The position numbers and the translations under genes are program-made. Positions 21,735 through 30,994 of a stretch of 64,000 nt of DNA are shown here, piece by piece (the first letter of the stretch is position 1; each line of letters begins with the position of its first letter). Source of the stretch: Akkermansiaceae bacterium (GTDB lineage: Bacteria > Verrucomicrobiota > Verrucomicrobiia > Verrucomicrobiales > Akkermansiaceae); contig JBPOGF010000006.1 in NCBI GenBank assembly GCA_051251915.1, positions 32,001 through 96,000 on the forward strand, given 5' to 3'. The notes below the pieces were generated by a model. The model did no database searches. It was not told where the DNA came from and saw nothing but the letters and a program-made list of their open reading frames with translations.

Positions 21735-22718
21735 ATGAAACTAAAATACTATTTATTCTCACTACTAACTGCAACTGCTGTATCTGCAGTGGCACAGGCT
21801 AAAGCACCAAAGGTAATGGACACCGTAAAAGTGACTCATTCTGAACTTACTGGGATAGGGGCTGAGAAAGGTGTGATGCGCCGTGACCCAAGCGATGTCA
21901 TCAAGGTTGGTGATCTTTATTATGTCTGGTATTCCAAGGGGACTATCTCACCAGGTTACGATGCTACACTATTCTATGCGACATCTAAGGATGGAGTGGA
22001 GTGGACTGAGAAAGGAGAGGCTCTTGGGAGAGGTAAGGCTGGGACTTGGGAGGGGGCGAGTGTGTTTACTCCGAACATCTTGGTAGCAGAAGGCCGCTAC
22101 TGGCTTTTCTATACTGGGACATCAAATGATTACCATAAGAAGCCATTTAATCCGGATTCTAAGATAGGTATTGCAGTTTCAGATTCTCCGGATGGACCAT
22201 GGGAGAAGCTAGCTACTAATCCAGCGATCACGAATAGCAAGAACTTGGAAGACTTTGATAGTCATTTGATTGATGATGCCTGTCTTATTGTTAGAGATGG
22301 CAAATACTGGTGCTACTATAAAGGTCGCCAGCAAGGTAAAGGTCCAGGACAGACTCAAATGGGTGTTGCTATCGCAGAGAAGCCAGAGGGACCTTATGTG
22401 AAACATAAAGCAAATCCTGTAATTCCAGGAAACCACGAAGTATTGGTCTGGACACAAGGTGAGGGAGTGGCTGCGATGATAGGGACCACTGGGCCTAAGG
22501 CTATTACTAATTCGGTGTTGTATTCTGAAGATGGACTGAGCTTTAAGAAGACTCATGAGGCACCAAAAGGTCCATGGGCAGGAGGCTCTTATCGTCCGGA
22601 AGCTTTCACGGAGAGCGGAAAAGGTGAACTTCCTAAGTGGGGCGTAGAGATTGGTGCAAAGCGAGGATTTTTGCCATTCATCCGTCGTTTTGACTGCGAG
22701 GCAGTTCCTACTGAATAA
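21735..22718 (+). CDS. Five-bladed beta-propeller glycoside hydrolase, GH117/GH43-like
   Basis: RRDPSDVIKVGDLYYVWY, SVFTPNIL, SDSPDGPW, IDDACL, HEVLVW. Confidence 0.8.
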   Translation: MKLKYYLFSLLTATAVSAVAQAKAPKVMDTVKVTHSELTGIGAEKGVMRRDPSDVIKVGDLYYVWYSKGTISPGYDATLFYATSKDGVEWTEKGEALGRGKAGTWEGASVFTPNILVAEGRYWLFYTGTSNDYHKKPFNPDSKIGIAVSDSPDGPWEKLATNPAITNSKNLEDFDSHLIDDACLIVRDGKYWCYYKGRQQGKGPGQTQMGVAIAEKPEGPYVKHKANPVIPGNHEVLVWTQGEGVAAMIGTTGPKAITNSVLYSEDGLSFKKTHEAPKGPWAGGSYRPEAFTESGKGELPKWGVEIGAKRGFLPFIRRFDCEAVPTE

Positions 22719-22811
22719 TAATAACCATTAACGATAACCCTATTGATTTTGCTTTTACTCTTAAGCCTTTAAACTTTGTGAGAAGGCCTCAAAAACCCAT
22801 CCTTAATTATA

Positions 22812-24077
22812 ATGAAACCGATCACACTACTAACAACAACATCACTCGCACTATTTAGTGTTTTAAGCACTAGTTGTTCAGAGAATAAAACATCTACTAC
22901 GGAGTCTGAAGCATTCGGTGCGTTTGCGGATGACGCGGCGTTTATGCAGGAACACACTGAGATAGTAGTTCTGAAAAAAGGAGACGCAGCTGTGGCTGTG
23001 GCTCCCTCATGGCAGGGGCGCGTGATGACGAGTACCTTTGATCAGAAAACGGGGCCTAGTTTTGGTTGGATTAATAGACCAGTGATTGAAAAAGGGTTTA
23101 TGTCAGAGGAAGAGGCTGAAGGAGAACTTGAGTCACATATTTACATCTTTGGTGGAGAAGAGCGTTTTTGGCTAGGGCCAGAGGGCGGTCAGTTTGCACT
23201 TTACTTCAAACCTGGTGACAAGTTTGTATTTGATGACTGGAAGACTCCTGCGGCGATCGATACTGAAGCTTATGAGTTAGTAGAGCAAACTGATAGCACT
23301 GCTACTTTTACGCACAATGCGGAATTGCTGAACTATAGCGGGACTAAGTTTAATGTTGGCATTGAGCGTAAGGTTACTGTGCTGGATAAAGCTGACGCGG
23401 CTAAGATTTTAGGTGGTGAGTTTGGTGAAAGCATTAAGATGGTTGGTTATGAGACTGACAATGTGATCACTAATAATGGTGAGGAAGCATGGGAGCCTGA
23501 GACTGGGTTGCTATCGATCTGGTTGCTAGGGATGTATAATCCTTCACCTACTACAACTGTTGTCATTCCATTCAAAGAGGGGACTGAGGCAGATCTTGGG
23601 CCTAAGGTGAAAGATGACTATTTTGGTAAAGTTCCGGCAGAGTATTTATCGGTTAAAGAGGATGTTCTTTTTTTCAAGGGTGATGGAACAAGACGCGGGA
23701 AAATAGGTATCAGCCCTGAGCGTTCAAAAGGTATTGCGGGTAGTTATGATGCTGCGGGTAAGGTTTTAAATATTGTGACTTACAATGTGCAGGATGCACC
23801 GAATGGATACGTGAATTCAATGTGGGAGCTTCAGGATCAGCCATATGTTGGTGATGCGATCAACTCATATAATGATGGTTCACCTGCGCCTGGAGAGGAT
23901 CCACTAGGACCGTTTTATGAACTAGAAACTTCATCACCAGCAGCGGCTTTGAAGCCAAAGGAGACGATGCAGCATGTGCAGCGCACTTACCATATCCATG
24001 GATTAGAAGAGGAGCTTAGTGCGATTGCGAAGCGCTTACTTGGAGTAGATATAGAGACTATTAAGGCATCTTTTTAA
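22812..24077 (+). CDS. DUF6786-like conserved lipoprotein
   Basis: Lipobox LSTSC; WQGRVMTST, GGEERFWLGPEGGQF, GPFYELETSSPA. Confidence 0.7.
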   Translation: MKPITLLTTTSLALFSVLSTSCSENKTSTTESEAFGAFADDAAFMQEHTEIVVLKKGDAAVAVAPSWQGRVMTSTFDQKTGPSFGWINRPVIEKGFMSEEEAEGELESHIYIFGGEERFWLGPEGGQFALYFKPGDKFVFDDWKTPAAIDTEAYELVEQTDSTATFTHNAELLNYSGTKFNVGIERKVTVLDKADAAKILGGEFGESIKMVGYETDNVITNNGEEAWEPETGLLSIWLLGMYNPSPTTTVVIPFKEGTEADLGPKVKDDYFGKVPAEYLSVKEDVLFFKGDGTRRGKIGISPERSKGIAGSYDAAGKVLNIVTYNVQDAPNGYVNSMWELQDQPYVGDAINSYNDGSPAPGEDPLGPFYELETSSPAAALKPKETMQHVQRTYHIHGLEEELSAIAKRLLGVDIETIKASF

Positions 24078-24194
24078 GCAGCGAGACGCGAGAAGCCGTA
24101 AGCTATTTTTATGGAGTTTGGGGTAAAATGAAATCGTTCGACATTGTTTAAGTCCGTGACATTTGGGTATGACCTATTATGAAGTATTTAGACC

Positions 24195-24653
24195 ATGACA
24201 AATAACGACATCTTACGCCGCCTACGATACGCCTTTAACTATACTAATGTTCATGTGGCTAAGCTAATGGGCCATGTAGGAGAGAAGGTGGAGCTGAGCC
24301 AGGTGGGACTCTGGATTCAGCGCGAGGATGGCGAGCCGCTTTCAGATAAGGCACTTTGCCAATTTCTGGATGGTCTGATCATAGAAAAACGTGGACCTCG
24401 TCCTGATGGAGCTATTCCACATCCACAGGCAACGATCACTAGGAATGAGATTTTAAAGAAACTGAGGATAGCACTTTCTCTCAGGGATGAGGGTATGATG
24501 GGGGTTTTTAAGAACGCTAAATTTGTGGTCACCAAGGCGGAACTCGGGTCATTTTTCCGCAAGGAGGGTCAGCGCAACTATGCTGAATGCCCGGAGCAAG
24601 TCCTGCGTAAGTTTATCCATAGTTTGGGCCAGGAAGAGCAAGAGGCGAGCTAG
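24195..24653 (+). CDS. DUF1456 (YehS-like) protein
   Basis: MTNNDILRRLRY start, FLDGLIIEKRG, NEILKKLRIAL. Confidence 0.85.
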   Translation: MTNNDILRRLRYAFNYTNVHVAKLMGHVGEKVELSQVGLWIQREDGEPLSDKALCQFLDGLIIEKRGPRPDGAIPHPQATITRNEILKKLRIALSLRDEGMMGVFKNAKFVVTKAELGSFFRKEGQRNYAECPEQVLRKFIHSLGQEEQEAS

Positions 24654-24702
24654 GTGCTCGACTTATACCACATTGCAGTGTGGTAAGTTATCGTTAGAGC
24701 TG

Positions 24703-24743
24703 ACGAAAAAGGGAGAGGTGTATTCTCCCTTCCCCTTTTTCGT
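24703..24743. terminator. Probable bidirectional terminator
   Basis: ACGAAAAAGGG...CCCTTTTTCGT inverted repeat between convergent genes. Confidence 0.65.
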
Positions 24744-24771
24744 AGAACTTGAAAGTTAGAGTAATGCTGAA

Positions 24772-25482
24772 TTATGGACGACGGCGGACGAGAAGTAGGC
24801 TGCCGCTCATGAAGAGGAGAGCAAGTGAGGTAGGTTCTGGAACGACGGTTCCGTTGAGAGTGATGGCTCCGATACTTGAGTGACTACCGGCAACATCAGC
24901 TTCACTAGCCTCGATAAATAGTCTGTAATTATTGCCGCTGAGCAATGAGATACTGCTAAGATCGAAAGTTGTGGTTTGAACCCCAGAAGCCACAGTATTT
25001 ACGGCTGCTGTTTTGATTGAATTACTGAATAGTTCAGCATTGGCGTTATCTAGATCCAGTATTTTTAGAGTGAATGTGTTGTCTCTAGCTGATGGTTGAT
25101 TGATACCAGAGTTGTTGAAATTAATCCAGTCTAGCTCAAAGTTAGTCAAATCGATGGAGTCTCCTAAGGTGGTGAAATCGACCTGAGTATTCCAAACTCC
25201 GCCACTGCCAGTATTGTTATTAGGGGCGAAATATCCAGCAGCATCTGCGGTAGTCCATAGGTCTCCGTCACCAGTGTTCAAGGTGGTATTCGTTGCTGTT
25301 AAAGAGTTGGCTGGTGCGGTAATTCCTTCGGTGGTCCATGAGATTCCGCTGAGAGTAGTGCCACTTTTAGTAGTGCTTGAGAAGTCGCTAATGAGGATAT
25401 TTACTGCTGAAGCGACAGTGAGCATGCTAAGGCTGATGCCCGTAGCTAAGATTTTAGTAATAAGTGATGATGGTGTTTTCAT
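24772..25482 (-). CDS. PEP-CTERM surface protein
   Basis: Signal peptide; VPEPTSLALLFMSGSLLLVRRRP. Confidence 0.92.
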   Translation of the reverse strand: MKTPSSLITKILATGISLSMLTVASAVNILISDFSSTTKSGTTLSGISWTTEGITAPANSLTATNTTLNTGDGDLWTTADAAGYFAPNNNTGSGGVWNTQVDFTTLGDSIDLTNFELDWINFNNSGINQPSARDNTFTLKILDLDNANAELFSNSIKTAAVNTVASGVQTTTFDLSSISLLSGNNYRLFIEASEADVAGSHSSIGAITLNGTVVPEPTSLALLFMSGSLLLVRRRP

Positions 25483-25663
25483 AGTTAGGATGTGTTTTGT
25501 ATAAGATAGATAGACCGCAAAACTATGTTTCTACGGTCTATTGTTAGAGGTGTATGTACAGCTCTTCTCTAAGTCTATGTAGCACATAGGTTGCCAAGGT
25601 AGATTAAATTTAAATATTTACCTGAAAGGATCAAAAAATAGAGAGAGGTGATCTATTGATCCG

Positions 25664-26401
25664 CTAACTCCCGCATCCGCCGCCGCAGCCACCACCACCA
25701 CATCCGCTACTACATCCACTGCCGCAACTATTTCCTCCACCGCAGCTACTGCCACCGCCGCCGCAACCTCCGCCTTTGCCGCCACCGCTCTTGAAGATTT
25801 TGGCTACTACTACGACGACGATGGTGACGAAAATGATGGTGCCGATGGGGAAGTCTGGGTTGTTTAGGATGGATGCGCAGCCTACGACTGTGAAGCTGAG
25901 GGCGAGTGTGGCTGCTGCTGTGAGGGCGAGTTTCTTGGGGATGACGAAGTGTTTGTTGTAGTCGACATTTTTGATGTCTTGGGGGGAGAACCTTAGCTCT
26001 GGGGTGGGCCAGATGTCTGATGGGGGTTCTGTTTGGAAGAGTCGTTGGTAGCTATCGAGGGTTTTCTGGTACCATTGGTTGAACTTCTGGTTCTCTTGGG
26101 TGCCGCCTTTGGTGGGGCCGTGGTGGAGGGGGAAGTTTAGGGTCTGCTTGCAGAGGTCATTCCAGTAGTTTCTGGTGTAGCAGAGGTGGAGGTGCCAGAC
26201 GTGGTCTACGGCTACTGATGGGGTGACGGGATGGCCGGCTTCTGCTGCGAGGTAGAGGAATTTCTTGTACTCGTTAATGCTGCGTTTTGCGAACTCAAGG
26301 GTCCATGAGTTTTCTCTGGCTAGGCGGTCAGAGAATTTGAAATCTGAGCCCAGATCATCTAGCTCGAAGGTTTCGATTTTTTGCCAGAGATCTGTGTTCA
26401 T
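25664..26401 (-). CDS. Glycine-rich-domain (GRDP/DUF1399-like) membrane protein with Gly/Cys-rich tail
   Basis: EYKKFLYL...PSVAVDHVWHLH motif, two hydrophobic segments, GGGCGG-repeat C-terminus. Confidence 0.8.
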   Translation of the reverse strand: MNTDLWQKIETFELDDLGSDFKFSDRLARENSWTLEFAKRSINEYKKFLYLAAEAGHPVTPSVAVDHVWHLHLCYTRNYWNDLCKQTLNFPLHHGPTKGGTQENQKFNQWYQKTLDSYQRLFQTEPPSDIWPTPELRFSPQDIKNVDYNKHFVIPKKLALTAAATLALSFTVVGCASILNNPDFPIGTIIFVTIVVVVVAKIFKSGGGKGGGCGGGGSSCGGGNSCGSGCSSGCGGGGCGGGCGS

Positions 26402-26575
26402 GATTTGGTGTGTGATTGGGTGAAGGGTGAACTATGGGAGCGGGGCTTTGCCCTTGGGAGCGGGGAGCATGGAGCCGCAAAGCGTTGTTCTACCTCGTAA
26501 GGTGTGATGCATTGCTCCCCGAAGCCGAAGGCTGCTTGCTGCTTCCGTGCGCAGCATAATGCTTCCGAAGTTTAG

Positions 26576-26884
26576 TTAGCCTAGGCCTGGGATGTTCATT
26601 CCGCCGGTTAGTTTGCCCATTTCTCCGGCTGCCATGTCTTTGCCTTTGGTGATGGCTTCTTGGACGCCTTTGAGGACGAGTTCTTCTAGGAATTCTGCGT
26701 CTTCTGGGTCGATGACTGATGGGTCGATCTTGATGGAGAGTACATCTCCTGAGCCTGTTGCCATGACTTTAACCTTGTCTCCACCTACTGAGGCTTCGAC
26801 GGTTTTTACTGCGAGTTCTTCTTGTGCTTTTGCCATCCCAGCTTGCATTTGCTGAGCCTGCTTCATGAGTTTGTTAATATCCAT
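26576..26884 (-). CDS. ybaB: YbaB/EbfC nucleoid-associated protein
   Basis: MDINKLMKQAQQMQ; immediately downstream of dnaX (conserved synteny). Confidence 0.95.
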   Translation of the reverse strand: MDINKLMKQAQQMQAGMAKAQEELAVKTVEASVGGDKVKVMATGSGDVLSIKIDPSVIDPEDAEFLEELVLKGVQEAITKGKDMAAGEMGKLTGGMNIPGLG

Positions 26885-26921
26885 AATTGTTTGTTTTTGT
26901 TAGAGTGTTGTTTGTTTTGTA

Positions 26922-28514
26922 TTAAGAGTTTCTGCTGATTTCAAATGTTTTCATTGCTTGTTCGATGAGTGGGTCTTTTTGGAACTCGTCATCGGCTGAG
27001 GTGTCTGGGGTGGTGTCGGCCTCTTTGGGGGTTTCTGGTGGAGCTACGGGATTAGATGCTGTAGGTGCTGGTGCTAGTGTGGGCGCGATGGGTTCTGTGC
27101 TGCCTTCTTCTGCTTGCTCGATGAATTTATCTAGTCCGCCGGCAATCTCATCTGTTTTTTTTTCAGATTTTTTAGGTGCGGGTGTCGGTGTCGGTGTCGG
27201 TGCAGGTGTTGTGACTGGAGGGACTGGTGTTGGTTCTGGAGTAGGCGCGGGCTCTGGTGTGGGTGCGGGTTGTTCCACTGGGGCAGGAGTTTCTGCTACT
27301 GGCGTGGGTGCGGGTGCTACGGCTGGTGTAGGTGCAGTTGTTGGTGTTGGTTCGCTTGCTTGTGGTAGCGTTCCGCTGAGGTCGTGGACGCCGGCTAGGG
27401 CGGTGATGACGTCGCTGATGCGGGCATCGTTGAGTGACTGGATGGCTTTGATGACGCCTATTTCCATGTGGAGGCGTTTGTTGGTGGCCCATTTCATCTG
27501 GCCGTCTGTCTGGGCGAAGATTTCTACGAGGTTGAGGAGTCGGTCGGTCTGGATGGGGTCTACGGATTCTTTGAGTTTGAGCCAGAATTCTTGTGGGATG
27601 CCGTCGTTGTCTGCGGTGGGGTCTACTTTGGAGACGAGGAGTGCGCGGAGGCAACCGATGAGGTCTTCTAGGAGTTGGCCGAGTTCTTTGCCTGAGTCTG
27701 CTTGTTGGTGGAGGATTTCTAGGGCGGTGACGGTGTTCTTGGTGAGGATGCTGTCGGTGAGTTTGGCGACGGTTTCACGGGAGGTGAAGCCGAAGATTTC
27801 TAGGACGTTTTCTTCGGTGATGTGTTCGCCGCAGAATGCTACGAGTTGGTCTAGCATGGACTGTGCGTCACGCATGCCGCCGTTGGCGCCTTTGGCGATG
27901 GCCCAGGCTGCGGATTCGTCTAGTTTAACGCCTTCGTTGTTGGAGATGAATTGGAGCTGGTCGGCGATGGTTTGGGTCTCGATGGGTTTGAGGTCAAATC
28001 GCTGGCAGCGGGAGATGATGGTGGGGAGGATTTTGTGAGGTTCGGTGGTGGCGAAGATGAATTTGACGTGTTCTGGTGGTTCTTCTAGGGTTTTTAGAAG
28101 TGCGTTGAACGCGGCGTTGGAGAGCATGTGGACCTCATCGATGTAGATGATTTTGAATCTGCAGCGCGCGGGGGCGAAGCGGACGTTTTCGCGGAGTTCG
28201 CGGACTTGGTCTACGCCGTTGTTGGATGCACCATCGATTTCTAGGACGTCGAGTGATCTGCCTTCGGCGATTTCTACGCAGATGTCTTCATCTGGGTCGA
28301 AGTCGATGCTGGGGCCGTTGGAGCAGTTGAGTGCCTTTGCCATGATACGGGCGGTGGATGTCTTACCGGTTCCACGAGGGCCAACGAAGAGGTATGCGTG
28401 AGCGAGACGGTCTTGCTCGATGGCATTTCTAAGGGTCTTGATGACGTGGTCTTGCCCTAGGACGTCTTGGAATGTCTTGGGTCGATATTTTCTGGCGAAT
28501 ACTTGATAGCTCAC
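26922..28514 (-). CDS. dnaX: DNA polymerase III subunit gamma/tau
   Basis: ARKYRP, GPRGTGKT Walker A, EIDGASN, IDEVHML, SRCQ; Pro/Thr/Ala-rich linker. Confidence 0.98.
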   Translation of the reverse strand: MSYQVFARKYRPKTFQDVLGQDHVIKTLRNAIEQDRLAHAYLFVGPRGTGKTSTARIMAKALNCSNGPSIDFDPDEDICVEIAEGRSLDVLEIDGASNNGVDQVRELRENVRFAPARCRFKIIYIDEVHMLSNAAFNALLKTLEEPPEHVKFIFATTEPHKILPTIISRCQRFDLKPIETQTIADQLQFISNNEGVKLDESAAWAIAKGANGGMRDAQSMLDQLVAFCGEHITEENVLEIFGFTSRETVAKLTDSILTKNTVTALEILHQQADSGKELGQLLEDLIGCLRALLVSKVDPTADNDGIPQEFWLKLKESVDPIQTDRLLNLVEIFAQTDGQMKWATNKRLHMEIGVIKAIQSLNDARISDVITALAGVHDLSGTLPQASEPTPTTAPTPAVAPAPTPVAETPAPVEQPAPTPEPAPTPEPTPVPPVTTPAPTPTPTPAPKKSEKKTDEIAGGLDKFIEQAEEGSTEPIAPTLAPAPTASNPVAPPETPKEADTTPDTSADDEFQKDPLIEQAMKTFEISRNS

Positions 28515-28595
28515 GGTGGGAGGATGGAGTATGGTGTGGATTCTTCAACCATAAATTTTACTTCTTATTGTAGGGTTCTGTTGTTAAATAGGGGT

Positions 28596-29267
28596 ATGAT
28601 TTTAGCAATTGGAGATATTCATGGCTGCCGAGTGGCGCTGGAGACGATGATAGATTATGTGGGGCCTAAGCCTGAGGATACTGTGATTACTTTGGGGGAT
28701 TATGTGGATAGGGGGCCGGACTCTAAGGGGTGTGTGGATTTTTTATTGAATTTTAGGAAGACGCATACGTTGATTCATTTGAAGGGGAATCATGAGTTGC
28801 AGATGGAGGATTCTCTGACGGGGAAGCGTGGGTATGATTTTTGGTTGCAGGGGATAGTGGGTGGTAGGGAGACGTTGGATTCTTATGGTGGGGTGTTTGA
28901 GGATATTTCTGAGGAGCACTGGGATTTCTTGAAGAGTGCGGGTGGACTGCATGAGGAGGAGACGCATTTCTTTGTGCATGCGGGGTGTGATCCTAAGCTT
29001 CCGTTGAGCGAGCAGCCTGCGAGTGTGGTGCACTGGAAGCGGTTTCATTTAGCGCAGGCGCATCCATCTGGGAAGGTGATGGTGTGTGGGCATTCGATTC
29101 AGGGGGATTATCCGGTGAATCTGGGGCATAGTATTTGTTTGGATACTTGTGCTTATGGGGGGGGGTGGCTGACGGCTCTGGATGTGGAGACTGGGGTTTA
29201 TTATCAGACGAATGATAGGGGGGAGAGGCGTAAGGGGAATATTGATGATGCGGAGTGTATGGGGTAG
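28596..29267 (+). CDS. Calcineurin-like metallophosphoesterase (PphA-like Ser/Thr phosphatase)
   Basis: GDIHG, GDYVDRG, GNHE, VHAG, GH motifs. Confidence 0.92.
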   Translation: MILAIGDIHGCRVALETMIDYVGPKPEDTVITLGDYVDRGPDSKGCVDFLLNFRKTHTLIHLKGNHELQMEDSLTGKRGYDFWLQGIVGGRETLDSYGGVFEDISEEHWDFLKSAGGLHEEETHFFVHAGCDPKLPLSEQPASVVHWKRFHLAQAHPSGKVMVCGHSIQGDYPVNLGHSICLDTCAYGGGWLTALDVETGVYYQTNDRGERRKGNIDDAECMG

Positions 29268-29276
29268 GGATTTTTT

Positions 29277-29305
29277 GACGGCTGAGGTCGCTGAAGATGG
29301 CTGAA
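29277..29305 (+). repeat. Three imperfect ~9-10 nt units with core GCTGA
   Basis: GACGGCTGA GGTCGCTGA AGATGGCTGA; closely similar to 31890-31917. Confidence 0.6.
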
Positions 29306-29325
29306 CTTGGGTTGTGTGTTTGTTT

Positions 29326-30261
29326 TTAGTTGTAGGGGATGGGGTGGAATTGGGCTAGGTCACTGATGTGGGGGGTGGTTTTGTGGATTGGCTCGTTGTA
29401 TAGTGCTGAGTAGAATATTTCTGCGGTGTAGGTGACGCCGTGTTGGGCTGGGTGGCTGCCGTCTTTTTGGAATAACTTGTCGGCGGATTTAGGGTTGGTT
29501 TTGATGTTTTTTTGCCAGAGTTCGCCGACGGGGATGATGTGGATGTTTCCGCCGCAGGCTTTTGCTACATTGGTGTAGCCGGTGGTGAGTCTGGTTTGCA
29601 TTTTGGTGAAGGTGTCGTTTGGGTAGAGGGCTTTGTTGGCTTTGTCGCCATTTTTTCTGCCCCAGGTTTGGAAGAATACGGGGATGGCGCCGGATTCTTT
29701 GATTGCGGTGACTAGGATGTTTGCGGCTTTGTCCATTACTTTGCTGCGTTCTTGCTCAGGTATGGAGGGGGTTTGGCTTTGTTCTTGGAGGATGATGATG
29801 TCGTATTTGGTGTTTTTTATTTTGGTTAGTAGTTCCTTGGATTGGGAGTGTCTGAGGAGGGTGCAACCTCCGATGGTGACTTGTTCTACCGTGATTTTTT
29901 TGTGTTTAGATGTGGCTATTTTTTCGAAGGCTTTTGGGACATTGAAGCTGTAGCTGTTTCCTATGAAGAGTATTTTTAGGTGTTCTGTGGTTTCTACGCG
30001 ATTGACTAATTTGTGGTGAGGGTCTGTGATCATGGCGTCTCTCCAGGTGTTTAATTTGGCTTGATCCTTGAGGGCGAATTTATCGATTTCTAGAGTGAAG
30101 GTGGTGTTATTGGCACGTTTGAAGGTGATTGATTTTCCTTTGACTTCGATGGGGGTGGCGTGGATTTTTTTGTTTTCTGAGCGAGAGTGGAGTGTGGGGA
30201 GTGTTTCCTTTGCGGTTAGTGTGGATATGCAGAGGGTGAGGATGATGAGGAGACGGTTCAT
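29326..30261 (-). CDS. Secreted SGNH hydrolase (DUF4886-like) with N-terminal SHD1-like domain
   Basis: ILFIGNSYS, ILQEQS, DGSHP; N-terminal ITFKRAN...IDKFALKDQ segment. Confidence 0.75.
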   Translation of the reverse strand: MNRLLIILTLCISTLTAKETLPTLHSRSENKKIHATPIEVKGKSITFKRANNTTFTLEIDKFALKDQAKLNTWRDAMITDPHHKLVNRVETTEHLKILFIGNSYSFNVPKAFEKIATSKHKKITVEQVTIGGCTLLRHSQSKELLTKIKNTKYDIIILQEQSQTPSIPEQERSKVMDKAANILVTAIKESGAIPVFFQTWGRKNGDKANKALYPNDTFTKMQTRLTTGYTNVAKACGGNIHIIPVGELWQKNIKTNPKSADKLFQKDGSHPAQHGVTYTAEIFYSALYNEPIHKTTPHISDLAQFHPIPYN

Positions 30262-30362
30262 GATGGGGTAAGTATTCAGTGGGGCAGAGGGTGGTGTCAA
30301 ATGATATAGGGTGGGTGCTTTTATGGGGTTGATAGGCTGAGGGGGATGTTTATAGTGGGTGT

Positions 30363-30746
30363 ATGAAAATACAGGTCGATAGTGTGGCTTCTGCTCCTTT
30401 TCACACTCTTTCAGTGAAGAAGGTGAAGTTGGCTCTGAGGTTACTGCCGAGTGAGTGGACTGAGTCGGTTCGTGTTGTGCGATTGAGTAATCAGACGCCT
30501 GAGGTTTGTTCGTTTGATAGGCCTGTGATTTTGGCTCAGCGGTTGACGATTTGTGATAGAGGGGTTCCTGAGATGAAGATTGTGAGGGAGTTGTATATGG
30601 AGTTGGCGCAGAGGTTTTCGCCGCGAGATGGTAAGTTACGGGCGCATTATGGGAATAGGTTGGATCCTCAGCAGGTTAAGGTTTTGAATGAGGTGATTCA
30701 GCCGTATTTGGATGAGTATGAGGAGTTGAAATGGATGGGTGATTAG
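30363..30746 (+). CDS. Hypothetical protein
   Basis: 127-aa ORF with local codon style, preceded by TTGATA-16-TATAGT-6-ATG. Confidence 0.65.
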   Translation: MKIQVDSVASAPFHTLSVKKVKLALRLLPSEWTESVRVVRLSNQTPEVCSFDRPVILAQRLTICDRGVPEMKIVRELYMELAQRFSPRDGKLRAHYGNRLDPQQVKVLNEVIQPYLDEYEELKWMGD

Positions 30747-30994
30747 TGTGTATTAAATGAAGTTATAACCACTGGGATTGTTTTAAGGATTTGGATTTGC
30801 AGTGAAGCTGATTGAAGTAAGTGGGCCTTTTTTGTTGATTTCTGCGTTACTGATCAGTCACATGTGCTTATCTGCTTCTTCACGGTGTCTTGAACTAAAC
30901 AAAAAATCATCGGGCCAGTGACCAGTATTCCATCTGAAATGGACTGAGGTTAATAGCTGGTAATGGTTTCGGGTGGTGGTAGGATTTTATGTAG

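Noticed and set aside
26965..28038. 357-aa ORF antisense to dnaX and many similar shadow ORFs (e.g. 33962..34915, 40084..40566)
   Set aside because: They overlap well-supported genes, are low-complexity, and are expected from the extreme codon skew.
30785..30990. Minus-strand frame with an internal TGA (...EEADKHM*LISNAEINKK...) as selenoprotein or readthrough
   Set aside because: No start codon, no SECIS-like hairpin, no recognisable family; at most a decayed remnant.
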